A DNA stretch of 64,000 bases, from positions 2,294,001 to 2,358,000 of the forward strand of contig OZ024748.1 in assembly GCA_964016885.1 (NCBI GenBank). The letters run 5' to 3'. The notes beneath the pieces are model-generated. The model had not been told where the DNA came from. It saw nothing but the letters and a program-made list of their open reading frames with translations, and did not search any database. The position numbers and the translations under genes are program-made. Below are positions 27,916 to 41,471 of this stretch, one piece after another (position 1 is the first letter of the stretch; every line of letters begins with the position of its first letter). This DNA comes from Eledone cirrhosa. Its lineage: Eukaryota.

Positions 27916-30496
27916 CAGTTTAAGAGAAGTAGTGAAGGCCACATATCTGTGACATTGCAGCAATGGTAGTTAATCTGGGATCTCTGTTCTAGTTGGGGCA
28001 GAAGTAGTTTGGGAGGCTATGATTAATACATAGCTAGTGCAGCAGTGGTAGGGGATTTAGGGATGAGGGTTGGGCTGTCAAAGCCCCTAATCCCAATTGT
28101 CCAGCTGATAATCTCATATTCTCATTAACTTAGCTTTTAATCCCCAACAATCCTCACAAAGTGATGTCACTTATGTTAACATACTGACAATAAATTCTAC
28201 TACTTTGTACAATTAACATAGGCTCTGGTCAGCCAGAGTTGTTAGAATGACAGATAGAATGCTTTGTGGTATTTGTTCAGCTCTCTGCACCTCTCTGAGT
28301 TCAAATCTCACCGAGGTTAACTTTGCATTCTATCTGACATTCGAAATACTCTGCCAATTTGCTGCCCATACATACATATTGTTGGTTTATATATAATACT
28401 AGTATAGTTGTAAGTCCATATATATACATATTGTTGGTTTATATATAATACTAGTATAGTTGTAAGTCCATATATATACATATTGTTGGTTTATATATAA
28501 TACTATAACATAGTTACAGGTTCATTCATATATCCATACAACCTGTTGGTTTATATATAATACTATAACATAGTTACAGGTTCATTCACATAGAATTAAA
28601 GTATTTTAGAGGTAGGTTGACTTGAATGTTAACCACATTCACCAGTAACACTCTGTAGCGTTGGTGATGAAATCTGTGAGATATGTTAACCTTTTTAACA
28701 AAATGTCAGAATCTTATCAAATCAACCAACTGCAAATGTCTTTTTCTGTATTTTTATTTAATATAATTATGAACTGTTTTATATCACAAACGATCTTTCT
28801 TATTTCTCCACTGTTTATATGTTGCATCCTTCCTTATATGACTTCTCTCATTATTATAACGGCAGCAGATTGGGTGTAATCGGTAGAGCATCGGGCAACA
28901 TGCTTTGTGGCATAGAGTTACGGCCCTTTACGTTGTGCGTTCAAATCCCACTGAGGTTAGCCTTGCCTTTCATCCTTACGGGGTCAATAAAATAAAGTAC
29001 CAGTCATGCACTGCAGTGGAATTAATCGATTTTCCATTTCCCTCCAAAATTTCTGGCCTTGGGCCTAAATCAGAAACCCTTATTACAACAGCCTCAGAAT
29101 CTGAACATCGTTGACCTGTGACCTCTGTCATCTAATATTCTTATATTGGGGGATGGTCATATTGCCATTAGATGGAGTAAACAAAACAAAATAAGATCAG
29201 AAAGCGGAGAGGCACAGAGGAAAACAGTCAATGAGGAAGTCGCAGAATGTTTGATGAAAGAACTTTGACAATTATGTAAGATAACGAACTAATAACTAAT
29301 TATAGAACTGAAGTGAAAACCAAATACTGTGTGTATTTCATTTGTAATATTGGCAACATGACCCTCCCCAAATATAACAATATCTGTTTAACACATGATT
29401 TCACATCAAGAATTTTGCAAATACAAATAAATAAAAGTGAAAAAAAAAAACTAACAAACAAATCAATTAAATTGTGTGAAACCATTTTGTTGGTTTGAGA
29501 GCTGATGTGGGTGAAGATACATCACCTTTATTTCCTTCTTCCAGTCACTTCTATTCACCAACACACCCTTGTCTTCCTCCTCTTTCAATCTTTTCTCTAT
29601 TTCATCTACCTGCCACCCACCTTGTGGATTGTCTCTGTTGACCACTGGCCACTGATCTCTGACCTCTGAGACATATATCATCTGTCTGTCACCCACCTTG
29701 TGGATTGTCTCTGTTGACCACTGGCCACTGGTCTCTGAGACATATATCATCTGCCTGTCACCCACCTTGTGGATTGTCTCTGTTGACCACTGGCCACTTG
29801 TTTCTGACCTCTGAGACAGTTTTACCCATAACTCTCTTGGACAGCATTTAGCTGTTTTAATGACTGTTGTAGCGATGAGTTTTCTCATTTTTATAAGTGT
29901 GTGTGTGTGTGACAGCTCACACCTATGTGTGTGTGTGTGTGACAGATCACACCTATGTGTGTGTGTGTGTGTGACAGCTCACACCTATGCATGTTTAGCT
30001 GGCCTCCTCCAAGATATATCTCGTTGGAGGTGTCTTGAGTGATTTAATGATAGGGACCCCAGTCCTATCATCTCATTTCTGCTGCTGAGTAAACTGGAGC
30101 AACGTGAAATAAAGTGTCTTGCTCAAGGAAACAACACATCACCCGGTCTGAGAATTGAACTTACAACCTTTCGATTGCAAGCTCAATGCTCTAACCACTA
30201 AACCATGCGCCTTCACATTTTTATATGTAAACAAACAAATATTTTTCATATGAAATAGAAATAGAAGCTTTGCTGCAATATTTTTACTATAATATAGTCT
30301 AATAATTGTTTCTACTTTAGGCACAAGGCCAGCAATTACCCAGTGTATTACTGGTACTTTATTTATATAGTCTAATAATGGGGCATAGAATCTCACTGGA
30401 CAGATATGATATTTATATTCTAAACTTCACTCATTGTGTTCCAAACATACTTCCATTTGTCATATGATTTCCTTTCATATATTTCTTTGTTTACAG

Positions 30497-30776
30497 GAAC
30501 ATTTGTTTGATATAAGTGATTTACACCAAGAACCACCATTAATTTCTAAATGTGGAAGTCTTGAAGTAACATTCCTCTACAGTCCTGAAGAAAACACAAT
30601 GAAAATTACCATTTTACAGGCCCAAGAGATTCCCAGTAAAGACAGGGGTGGTGCTAACAGTGCCCAAGTCCGAATACTCCTGCTACCCACCAAGAAACAG
30701 AGATTCAAAACCAAAATCAAACCAGGAGATAATCCGGAATTTGGTGAAACATTCACATTTCAAAAAATACAGAAAG
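30497..30776 (+). CDS. SYT14: Synaptotagmin-14-like, C2A exon (N-terminal part)
   Basis: ttacAG acceptor, AAG|GTAAAG donor; EHLFDISDL...CGSLEVTFLYSPEENTMKITILQAQEIPSKDRGG...KTKIKPGDNPEFGETFTF is a synaptotagmin C2A signature; phase 0-1. Confidence 0.95.
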
Positions 30777-32448
30777 GTAAAGAAAAAAAATATATATTTG
30801 TCAGAAATATTTTGTTGTTGTTATGGCTCACACATAAGGGCAGTGGGATGATAGAATTAGTAAAGCATCGTACAGAATGCTTTGTGACATGTAGTTCCAA
30901 TGTTATACATTCTGAGTTCAAACCCTGTTGGGGTCTGCTTTGCTTTTCATCCTTCTGGGGTTGGTAAAATAAAATACCGGTTAAATACTGGGGTTGTTAT
31001 AGTCGACTTCTCCTACCTGTGATAGACACCATGCATCACTGCATAGAGTTACGGCCCTTTGCGTTCTGAGTTCGAATACCACCAAGATTAGTTTTGTCTT
31101 TCATCCTTCTGGAGTTGATAAAATAAAGTACCAGTTAAATACTGGGGTTGATATAGTTAACTTCCCCTCCCAAAAAATTGTTAGCCTTGAGCCTAAATCA
31201 GAAACCATTATTATGGCTTCGATTGGCAGTATCAGTAGAGGGTCGGACGCCATGCTTTCCAGCATAGTTACGTCCCTTTACGATCTGAGTTCAAATCCCG
31301 CCGAGGTTGACTTTGCCTTTCATCCTTTCGGGGTCGATGAAATAAAGTACCAGTAATGTACTGGGTAATTGCTGGCCTTGTGCCAATAGTAGAAACAATT
31401 GTTATGGCTTACACATTTTGTGGGCTTAGTTGGCCTTCTAGAAGATTTCTTAAGTGATTTTTAATTTTAATAAGGGGCCCATCTGATGACAAGAGGTGGG
31501 AGTTGAACTCAGAATCTTCAGATCTGTAAAAAATACTACAAAACATTCTGTCCAATGCTCCAATATTTCTGGCCAATCACTGCCTTGTACTGTTACAATA
31601 TTTCTGGCCAATCACTGCCTTGTACTGTTACAATATTTCTTCACACCTTTGGCTGAACAACATATCCCAGCTATATCCCATGGTAAAAGATAGTAAAAGT
31701 GTTGCCACAAATAACAGCCAGTGATATTAGCTGCATTAGCCATGGATCACAAACCCCAGATATTAACTGACTCTAAACTAAGCTCAGATCTAAGGTGTTA
31801 GGAATCCCTTCTCTGTTCATCATTATCATCATCATCATCATCACTGTTTTATGTTCATTTTTCCATTATTGAAGAGGTCTTTTTCAACACAGCATCCATC
31901 CACTCATTGCTGTCCTTTGTCATCTCCTCTGTGAGCTTCAGTGATTTGAGATCAGCTCTCACAAACTCTGCCTAGGTTTCCTTGGTCTCCCTCTACTGCA
32001 GCTTCTGTCCACTGGGATTTCTTGGCACTTCTTCACCCAACAATCAGGATCCATAACATCACATGACATGTCAATACCAGTGTAGTCTTCTCTCCTGCAC
32101 ACTACATCTAATTCCTTTACTACCCAGCTTTTCTCTCTTAGCTCCTCCATTCTTCATTGTTCCCAAACCCAACATTATATAATTGTACTGGAATGTTATT
32201 CCTTTTACTTTAAAATATACATCTCTGACATATTTATCCAGGGATATTTTCTAGCATAAAGTCCCGTGTTCCGATCTCTCTGAAGTATATTAATATTACA
32301 TTTTTAAAAAAACAAGCCAAAAATTGATTATATGAGCAAGACATGGTCACCTAACCTGTCTAGCCTCAGTGATATTAAATAGTGATGAGGATGATGATGA
32401 TGATGGTGGTGGTGGTGATGTTTCATATTTTTATTTTTCTCTTTGTAG

Positions 32449-32606
32449 AGGATCTGATAAACATGGGAGTACGTTTTAGACTGTACGGTTGTGAAAGAAT
32501 GCGGAGGGAGAGGATGCTTGGAGAAGCTGTCATTGGTTTTGCATCTATTAACCCAGATATGGAATCAACTCACTGGATATTACTGGAGCCACGCAGTAAC
32601 CTGAGT
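32449..32606 (+). CDS. SYT14: Synaptotagmin-14-like, C2A exon (C-terminal part)
   Basis: ctttgtAG acceptor, AGT|GTAAGT donor; EDLINMGVRFRLYGCERMRRERMLGE...LEPRSNLS (RFRLYG...RMxGE is typical of SYT14/16); phase 1-0. Confidence 0.95.
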
Positions 32607-35028
32607 GTAAGTCAGATCAATTATTTATCTTGACATCAAATATTATCAATTGCTTTCAATATTGTTATATGTTAATGCAACAAAATCAATTTTTATATCA
32701 TCTGTCCTCTTCAAAACCTCCAGGTTACAATTTTAGATAATTCATATTTTTTTTATCTTTGAAACTAAAGAAGCACTTGTGAATATACAGTGCTCCTGCT
32801 GACTACTGCCATCAACTATATTTTATATTGAGTTTCTGTTTTGAGAAGAAGGAATGAAGTAGCTGGTTGTTGGTTTTTTTTCACTGTTTAGTCAGGGAAG
32901 GGTGGGTAATACCCATAACCTTTTTAGGGCCTCTGTAACTGGTGGGAGAGAGGGAAGGGCAGTAATAGCCATAACCATTTCCAGGGCCTCTGTCTTAGTG
33001 GAGGGTATGGGCCCTGTATCCTATGTTATGACCTTGGGTAAGACACATGAACCCTTCCCATTGTTCTTATAGAGCAATAGTTCCAAAATGTTTCATTACC
33101 AAGGAACCCCTTCATTAAAAACGTTTTTGAAAAGCCTGTCTGCTTAATAAGCTTATGAATCATTAGTTTTACCTTTGCAGATCTTCGGGTATCTATGGAT
33201 CACAGGATGGGAACTGCTCATATAGAAGATACAACAGATTCTTATTAGAGGCTAGTGTAGCTCATTATATGAGCAGTACCAGATTTACTATTGTGTTTAG
33301 GTGTGCTTAAGCACAGGGCCCCGTTGGTTAGGGGGAAACCATCTTCCTGCAAAACAATTTTTTACCTCCTTCAGAGCCCAAGTAAGGGGCCTCATAACTT
33401 AACTAGCACAGGGCCTCATTTTTCCTAAATCCAGCTTTGTATGCGAGGCTAAATCAATAAACAATACATGAAATCATATTTATTTTATAACATATTCAAA
33501 CATGTAGATTAATATTGAAATTATAAATGATTTCTAAGACTTACAATTTCTGGGGAAAGAGAAATTCAATTTTATCAACCCCAGTATTTAACTGGTACTT
33601 TATTTTATTGAGCCAGAAAGGATGAAAGGCAAAGTTGAACTCAGAATGTAAAGAGCAAGAAGAAATGTTGCAAAGTATTTTATCCCATGTTCTAACAATT
33701 CTGCTAATCCTCCAATATTGGAACTATAACACCAACATTTGGCTTGTGCAATGATTGACAAAAAGAAAGAAAAAAGAAAAAAAAAGAAAAGAAAAATCCA
33801 GTTTTTGAGTTGTTGGTTTTATCTCAGCTTTTGTTCAGTTCATCTCTTTTATTAATGTTAGCAGCATAAAAACTATGAACAACCAAATTATAATGAATAG
33901 CTACTGGTCTGAATCTGATAAAAGTGGGCACAATAAATTATAGGAAACATCACACAAAATGCTATCTAATTGATCAACCACATCAGTCTCTATATATTCC
34001 TGTGCATAATTCCAGTTTTCATAAATAACTGCAGTTGCTGATAGCGCATTAATATATACATAATTACAACTACGTAGACACACACAAACGTGTGTGTGTG
34101 TCTATGTAAGCATATATATATATATATATGATAATGTATATATATATATATATGTATATATATGATGTTGTATTTATGGTGGGTGCTTGTGGACTTGGTA
34201 AGCTCTACATACAATGATACGTCTGGGATTGCTGGCTTAGGTTGACCCCAGCCTCATTGAACCAACAGCAAGAAGAATACATACTTACACATACATAATT
34301 GCTACATCAACAAAGACAGTGAATTGGGAGAGTCTATAGAACGTCAGATAGGATATTTTGCGACATTTGATCCAGCTCTCTGCACTGTGTTAAAATCCTG
34401 CCTCAGTTTCGAGGTCAATAAAAGAAGTACCAGTTCTGTACTGGGGTCGATTTCTCCTCTATATTTCTTTCTCACTTCCCTTCTCTCCTTTTCTGGAATT
34501 GGCCATGACAACCCATCCAACCCATGCCAGCTTGGAAATCAGACAATATTAATAAACGAAATTTATATCATCTCTATTCATTTTATTATATATATTTCAA
34601 AGATGTAAAGTTTTATGTATAAGATAAAGCACAAAACATGTCCTCTTCAGACAAAATAGGAGATGTATAATGTTTTCATGATATGCTGGTAGACAAACAA
34701 GCTGGACGGATCAGTAACCACCAAGCATATATATATATATATATACAATATATAGATGTATATGTAACATGTAATAACGAATTTAATAAATTGTTAAAGA
34801 AAAAAATGTACTTTTTCAATTCTGCAAAAACAGAATGGTACCCATACCGTAGGTACGATTTCACCATGTTTTTATGCTGCAAAAGAAAGAACCCAGGGTC
34901 CAAAAGAGCACAGACAACATCTTTTTTTTCTTTGTGAGACTGTTCATATCTGCATCATAAGTCCATAAGGTGGGACTCACTATATATTTATAACAACATG
35001 TCTTTATATATTATATTCTATATTCCAG

Positions 35029-35218
35029 CATGGAGATTCCCGTTATGATGTGTCAAGCCTGTCTCGTAGCGAGAGTGGTTCATCAAGTCAGTCAATGCAA
35101 CATGGAGGGATGCCAGAGTTGTTCCTGGGACTTTCATATAATGGTACTACAGGACGGCTGATGGTAGAAGTAGTAAAGGGAAGTAATTTTCGTAACATGG
35201 CAATGAACAGAGCTCCAG
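35029..35218 (+). CDS. SYT14: Synaptotagmin-14-like, C2A-C2B linker and start of C2B
   Basis: ttccAG acceptor, CAG|GTATGT donor; [63 protein letters not shown]; phase 0-1. Confidence 0.95.
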
Positions 35219-35248
35219 GTATGTTTAGCTATCTTGTTCTTAAATTTT

Positions 35249-35254
<6 letters not shown>

Positions 35255-35343
<89 letters not shown>

Positions 35344-35356
35344 ATATGTATGTATG

Positions 35357-35388
<32 letters not shown>

Positions 35389-35475
35389 TATATATGTATA
35401 TATGTATGTATATATATGTATATGTATATATGTATGTATATGTATGTGTATATATATGTATATGTATATGTATGT

Positions 35476-35539
<64 letters not shown>

Positions 35540-35582
35540 GTATGTGTATATATATGTATGTATGTATATATATGTATGTATG

Positions 35583-35617
<35 letters not shown>

Positions 35618-36196
35618 GTATATGTATATATATATGTATATGTATATGTATGTATATATATATATATGTATGTATATAAATATGTATGTATATGTATGTA
35701 TGTATATATATGTATGTATGTATATATATGTATGTATGTATATATATATATGTATGTATATGTATATATATATATGTATGTATATGTATGTATATATATA
35801 TGTATATGTATGTATATATATATGTATATATATGTATGTATATATATATGTATATATATGTATGTATATATATATATATGTATGTATATATATATATATA
35901 TATGTATGTATATATATATATATGTATGTATATATATATATATATATGTATGTATATATATATATACATATGTTTGAGTATATGTTGGTTGTATACCAAC
36001 ACCTCAGTATGCAGATTGGAGCACTCGACAAAGTGCGCAGGTATACATACATATATATATACATATATATATATAGACATATTTATGAATATATATATAT
36101 ATATATATGTAAATATATATGTATGTATATATATATATATAAATATATATGTAAATATATATGTATATATATATATGTAAACATATATGTAAATAT

Positions 36197-36275
<79 letters not shown>
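35255..36275. repeat. (CT)n/(TA)n/(TATG)n compound microsatellite in SYT14 intron
   Basis: Direct inspection; source of the YI/YM-rich ORFs. Confidence 0.95.
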
Positions 36276-36279
<4 letters not shown>

Positions 36280-36281
36280 AT

Positions 36282-36340
36282 TTTATCTGATGAAAGCGTA
36301 CCAATGTTGTCTTGGTTGCGCTTGAAATATATATAATAAA
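36282..36340 (+). ncRNA. Type I hammerhead ribozyme motif (PLE-type), sense to the SYT14 intron
   Basis: UUUAU-CUGAUGA-AAGCGUACCAA uguuguc UUGGUUGCGCUU-GAAA-UAUAUA-UA-AUAAA: intact core, long stem II, palindromic stem III, 5-bp stem I. Confidence 0.75.
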
Positions 36341-36720
36341 GTAAATATGGTTTTATAAATATAGTTTCCATTTATTTAATATCATTTAATATCATTGTAT
36401 ATATATATATATATGCAAAAGGCAAACAAAAATATCAAAGTAAACATCATAGTACATTGAAGAAATATATTAGTTTTACACTTGATATAGTAGGAAAAGA
36501 GTCTTAACATTTTAGACACTAGTCCTTCATCAGAGAATAGAATGGAAACGCTTCAAAACAAAAATGAATGATAGATGTGTTCTTCCTTAAATGTCTGAAA
36601 TATGCATGAATTCATTGTAGTAGCCAATCTGTTTTGTACATTTCCAATCTATTATTTATCTTTGTTTTGTTTTTTTGTTCTTTTTTTGGTTGATGATTTT
36701 TAATATTATTTATATTGCAG

Positions 36721-36933
36721 ACACCTATGTGAAGTTAACACTGATGTCTCCAACTGGTAAAGAAATTGCCCGTAGTAAAACCTCTATACGACGTGGTCAA
36801 CCTAATCCACTGTTTAGAGAAACGTTTGTTTTCCAAGTAGCGTTATTTCAACTACCTGAATTAACACTAATGATTTCTGTATACAATAAACGAAGTATGA
36901 AACGAAAAGAAATGATAGGATGGTTTGCTTTAG
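36721..36933 (+). CDS. SYT14: Synaptotagmin-14-like, C2B core exon
   Basis: attgcAG acceptor, TAG|GTGAGG donor; [45 protein letters not shown]...[11 protein letters not shown]; phase 1-1. Confidence 0.96.
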
Positions 36934-37414
36934 GTGAGGAATCTTTTGCAGAAATTGTTTTCTTTGTTTTATATCATGTTTTACTGTCTGCTATTGGGGT
37001 ATTTTAGAGAATTTCACCAGGCTTGTGGAATTGGCTGTATTATAAGAAGTTGTGGCTTTGTTGCCCATCTCAAAGGCCTCTGTAGATTCGATATTATTCA
37101 TAGATATTATGTGAGGTAAAGCCTTTACCATTAAATTGTAATAGTAAATATAGAGTAATGTAAATGCTAAAGAGTTAAATTTATGTAAACACCTTCCATC
37201 ACAACTCTATGAAAAAACCTTTGTTATGTGAGATATTATGTGAGGTAAAGACTTTACCTTGAAAATATAATAGTAAATATAAAGTAATGTAAATGCTAAA
37301 GGGTTAATTAGAAAATCAAATCTATGAACTAGTGACTTAAGCATTAGTAGCATTAGTAGCATTAGTAGCATTGCTGGTATGGTCACACATTGCTTATCTA
37401 TTCATTTATTTCAG

Positions 37415-37515
37415 GAATGAAAAGTAGCGGTGAAGAGGAACAGAGCCACTGGAATGATATGTGTGAAAACAAAGGGGAAGAAGTACAGCGCTGGCATGTA
37501 CTCCTTGAATCTTGA
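37415..37515 (+). CDS. SYT14: Synaptotagmin-14-like, terminal coding exon
   Basis: atttcAG acceptor; GMKSSGEEEQSHWNDMCENKGEEVQRWHVLLES*, with the synaptotagmin C-terminal HW...WHxL motif; TGA at 37513-37515. Confidence 0.95.
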
Positions 37516-37617
37516 AGTACCACTACTACCATCATTATAGCTAAACACAACTGACCTCTGCTTTTCATTTCTACCAATATCACTCTAGTTGTAATCTCTC
37601 AGTTGAGGTTCACAGTC

Positions 37618-38720
37618 TACACACACACACACACATACATATACATACATACAATGACACACATACATATACATACATACAATGACACACACATACATAT
37701 ACATACAATGACATACACATACATATACATACATACAACCACACACATATACATATACACACATACATACATACAACCACACACACGTACATATACATAC
37801 ATACATATAATGACACACACATACATATACATACATACAACCACACACACATACATATACATACATACAATGACACACATACATATACATACATACAATG
37901 ACACACACATACATATACATACATACAATCACACACACATATACATACATACAATCACACACACATATACATACATACAATCACACACACATACATATAC
38001 ATACATACAACCACACACATATACATATACATACATACAATGACACACACATACATATACACACATACATATACATACATACAATCACACACACATACAT
38101 ATACATACATACAATCACACACACATACATACAATGACACACACATACATATACATACATACAACCACACACATATACATATACATGCATACAATGACAC
38201 ACACATACATATACATACATACAATGACACACACATACATATACATACATACAACCACACACACATACGTATACATACATACAATCACACACACATACAT
38301 ATATATACAATCATACAACCACACACATACATATACATACATACAACCACACACCCATACATATACAATCATACAACCACACACACATACATATACATAC
38401 AATCACACACACATACATATACATACATACAACCACACACACATACATATACATACATACAATCACACACACACATACATATACAATCACACACATACAT
38501 ATACACTCACAACACACATATGATCACATACACACAAATATATAATTACATACACAACCACATAGCCACACCCATACACATCACATACATATAATTACAC
38601 ACACACATAACCACACACACCTGTAGTCTGTACCCATACACACGCACACAATTTACACATCCACATATTCATATTTACATGTCCACATACACACCCACAT
38701 ACATACAACCACACATGCAC
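37618..38720. repeat. (CA)n/(CATA)n compound repeat just downstream of the SYT14 stop
   Basis: Approximately 28-bp units such as ACACACATACATATACATACATACAATG. Confidence 0.9.
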
Positions 38721-39384
38721 TGTTTCATCTACTTCCATTCCCCCCAGCAGAGATATCAACCCGTTCCTAGTTGTATATAATTAGCTAAACCCTCACAATT
38801 TTAACAAAACTTCTTCTCAAGAAGCATTAACCTCACCAAACTTAGAAAAATAGATTCACAATTCTTCCTTATTTTGTGTAGAATTCTATGTTATTAAGAC
38901 TTGATGATACCTCCAGTTGCATACTTTAATTCTGCTCGTGATGGCCACAGATCCCTCGCCACAATGCCACAACCTACCTGGTTTAACATCACCACCTGGC
39001 CCCTGGTTGCTTTTAGTAAGGTTTCTTCTGTTGCAAACATTTGGGCCAGGTCTCCGGTTTGAGGATTCTTCTTGCCTCGGGAGCTTTGGAAATATAAAAG
39101 TGTCATGGACACTACCCTTCTCTGTTTCGTTAAACAGCAGGAAATAAAGAAAATATCACCACATGAGTCAACGAGTGAGAACATATGTGGTTGGTCAACA
39201 TGCTGAAAATAGCAACCAAATATTCCTTAAATTACAGCCAACCATCTGGAAAAGAAGAACACATTGGATAATGTACTCCTGGATACATATACCCGAGAAA
39301 AGGACAAGATGGTCACAGCTGGAATAAAGACTTGCTCTATCAAACCAATCACCACATTTTTTCCACATGGAATACAACCATACA

Positions 39385-39476
<92 letters not shown>

Positions 39477-39478
39477 TA

Positions 39479-40113
39479 TATAAAGAAAAAGTAGTTTACA
39501 ATGCAGTTGAAGTCTTAAAAAAGATTATTTAATATAACTTAACCGGTTTCACAATTTCCTGATCTTCAAAAGTTAAGGGGATGGAAAGATATGGAGATAT
39601 ACAGTAGCTGTCTTGTCTCTGGCTCAAATTGTAATATTTCTACCAAACATTAATCTTAACACAATGTTATGGCTATATAGATACAATTCCTGTTTATTCT
39701 ACAACTTGACAGATTAAATTTAGAGAGCCTTGATTGTTTTGGACTGTTACTAGACAAATTCGCTGAACCATGTCAAACTTAACCTATGAGAGAAATATTA
39801 TTACTTTTTTGTGACATGATATTAATGAAGGGACAGGCATTATGGATAACTAATAAAATTGTATGTCTAATCACATGATCATCCTCAACCAATCAAAGTG
39901 TATCTTAAACAGAATATTTTGAGTCATGTTCTCTCCACAAAACAAGAGAATTTTCAAACTCCAGTTAGAAATGAAGCAGTTAGAGCATATCTCCATGTCT
40001 TTCCATTTCACTTAACCTTTGAAAATCATGAAATTGTGAAACCAGTAAAGTTGTAAATAAATCTTCTTTAAAACTCTGAATACATTGTTAACAACTTAAC
40101 TACTTTTCTTTAT
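39479..40113. mobile_element. Decayed element with ~120-bp inverted ends, each holding a mutated hammerhead (PLE-like)
   Basis: 39479-39600 is a diverged reverse complement of 39987-40113. Minus 39575-39535 reads UAACUU-UUGAAGA-...-GAAA-CCGG-UU-AAGUUA. Flanked by (TA)n. Confidence 0.6.
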
Positions 40114-40123
40114 ATATATATAT

Positions 40124-40194
<71 letters not shown>

Positions 40195-40622
40195 TCCATA
40201 TATACACATATATGTATATACACACACACCACATAAAATCAAGGGACACAACTCAGTGATAACTTCATGCTGCTTTCTCCTAGCAAATGCTTCTGTATTA
40301 ACCCTTATAGAATTGCTTGTGTTCTGATGAATCCAGCCAGACGTGGATATGAGTATGTATCATTGTTATATCACCAAGCTATATTTTCTATCCAGGAGGA
40401 GTAGAGACTCGCTGAGAGACTATGCAGAAACTAGCAGTGGAAGTTAATAATAATAATAATACTGACAGCACAAACTGTACTTCTCATAACTGATCATGGG
40501 AGATGAAAGAACATTGAACTGCAGGGAACTTTCCGTTCCAAAATATGTATCAATCTGTCTATTGATTGATTGGAAACCTTTGTCTTCTAACTAAATTCAT
40601 ACATATATATATATATATATAC

Positions 40623-40677
<55 letters not shown>

Positions 40678-40753
40678 CATACATATTTATATATGTGTGT
40701 GTGATATTGTACATTTTTCATATTTCAAAAGGAAGTGATATATTATATATATA

Positions 40754-40831
40754 TAGGGTGTCCCAAAAAATGTGTACATACTTTTATTAGAATGCTGTTG
40801 AAGTGTGTATACATTTTTGGGGGATACCCTG
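40754..40831. mobile_element. Tc1/mariner-type MITE (~80-100 bp)
   Basis: TA-(C)AGGGTGTCCC...GGGATACCCTG-TA termini; further copies at 46033-46133 and 61084-61184, partials at ~41180-41228 and ~62650-62720. Confidence 0.75.
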
Positions 40832-41418
40832 TATATGTAAACACACATGTGCGTCTATCTCTTTTTCTGTGTCTTCGTCTCCAGGTCTAACGGCTCCTTT
40901 TTATCTTGCATTGGACAACTTAGATGTCATACATTTAATTGTATACAAGTAAGTTTTTAGTTCTTTTACGTCTTAATACCTCCAAGAAGAGTGTTGACTA
41001 TTTTGTCAGACACTGTGACCCCTGATGGACCAGCAGTAGGGGTCAAAACTGTGTATGTCCAATAACTACAGAGGTTTTACTCTTTACTTGTCACACTTGC
41101 TGGCAACACTATATATATATACATATATGTATGTGTATATATATATATGTGTATGTGTGATGATGATGATTCTAATATTTATTAGAATATTGTTGAAGTG
41201 TGTATACATCTTTGGGGAACACCCTATATATATATATATAATACTATATATAAAGGTAGAACACTGGAAGGTAATATCCGTAGTGGTAGAGCACTCAGTC
41301 CATGGGACGAGTTTGGTAGAAGTAGTAACACAGCAGTTAGTTCACCATACCGAGAAGATCCACATAAGGTGAAACAATTGTTCTCGGTATGGTGAACTAA
41401 CTGTTGTGTTTCTACTAA

Positions 41419-41471
<53 letters not shown>

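Noticed and set aside
35234-36371. Long YI/YM/HT-rich ORFs (also 3600-3900, 27100-27970, 37585-38594, 44000-45700)
   Set aside because: Translations of (TA)n, (TATG)n and (CA)n microsatellites.
40320-40360. CTGATGA plus an ATCCA/TGGAT stem as a hammerhead (similar at ~5660, ~45770 and ~48858)
   Set aside because: No correctly placed GAAA box or stem I/III partner.
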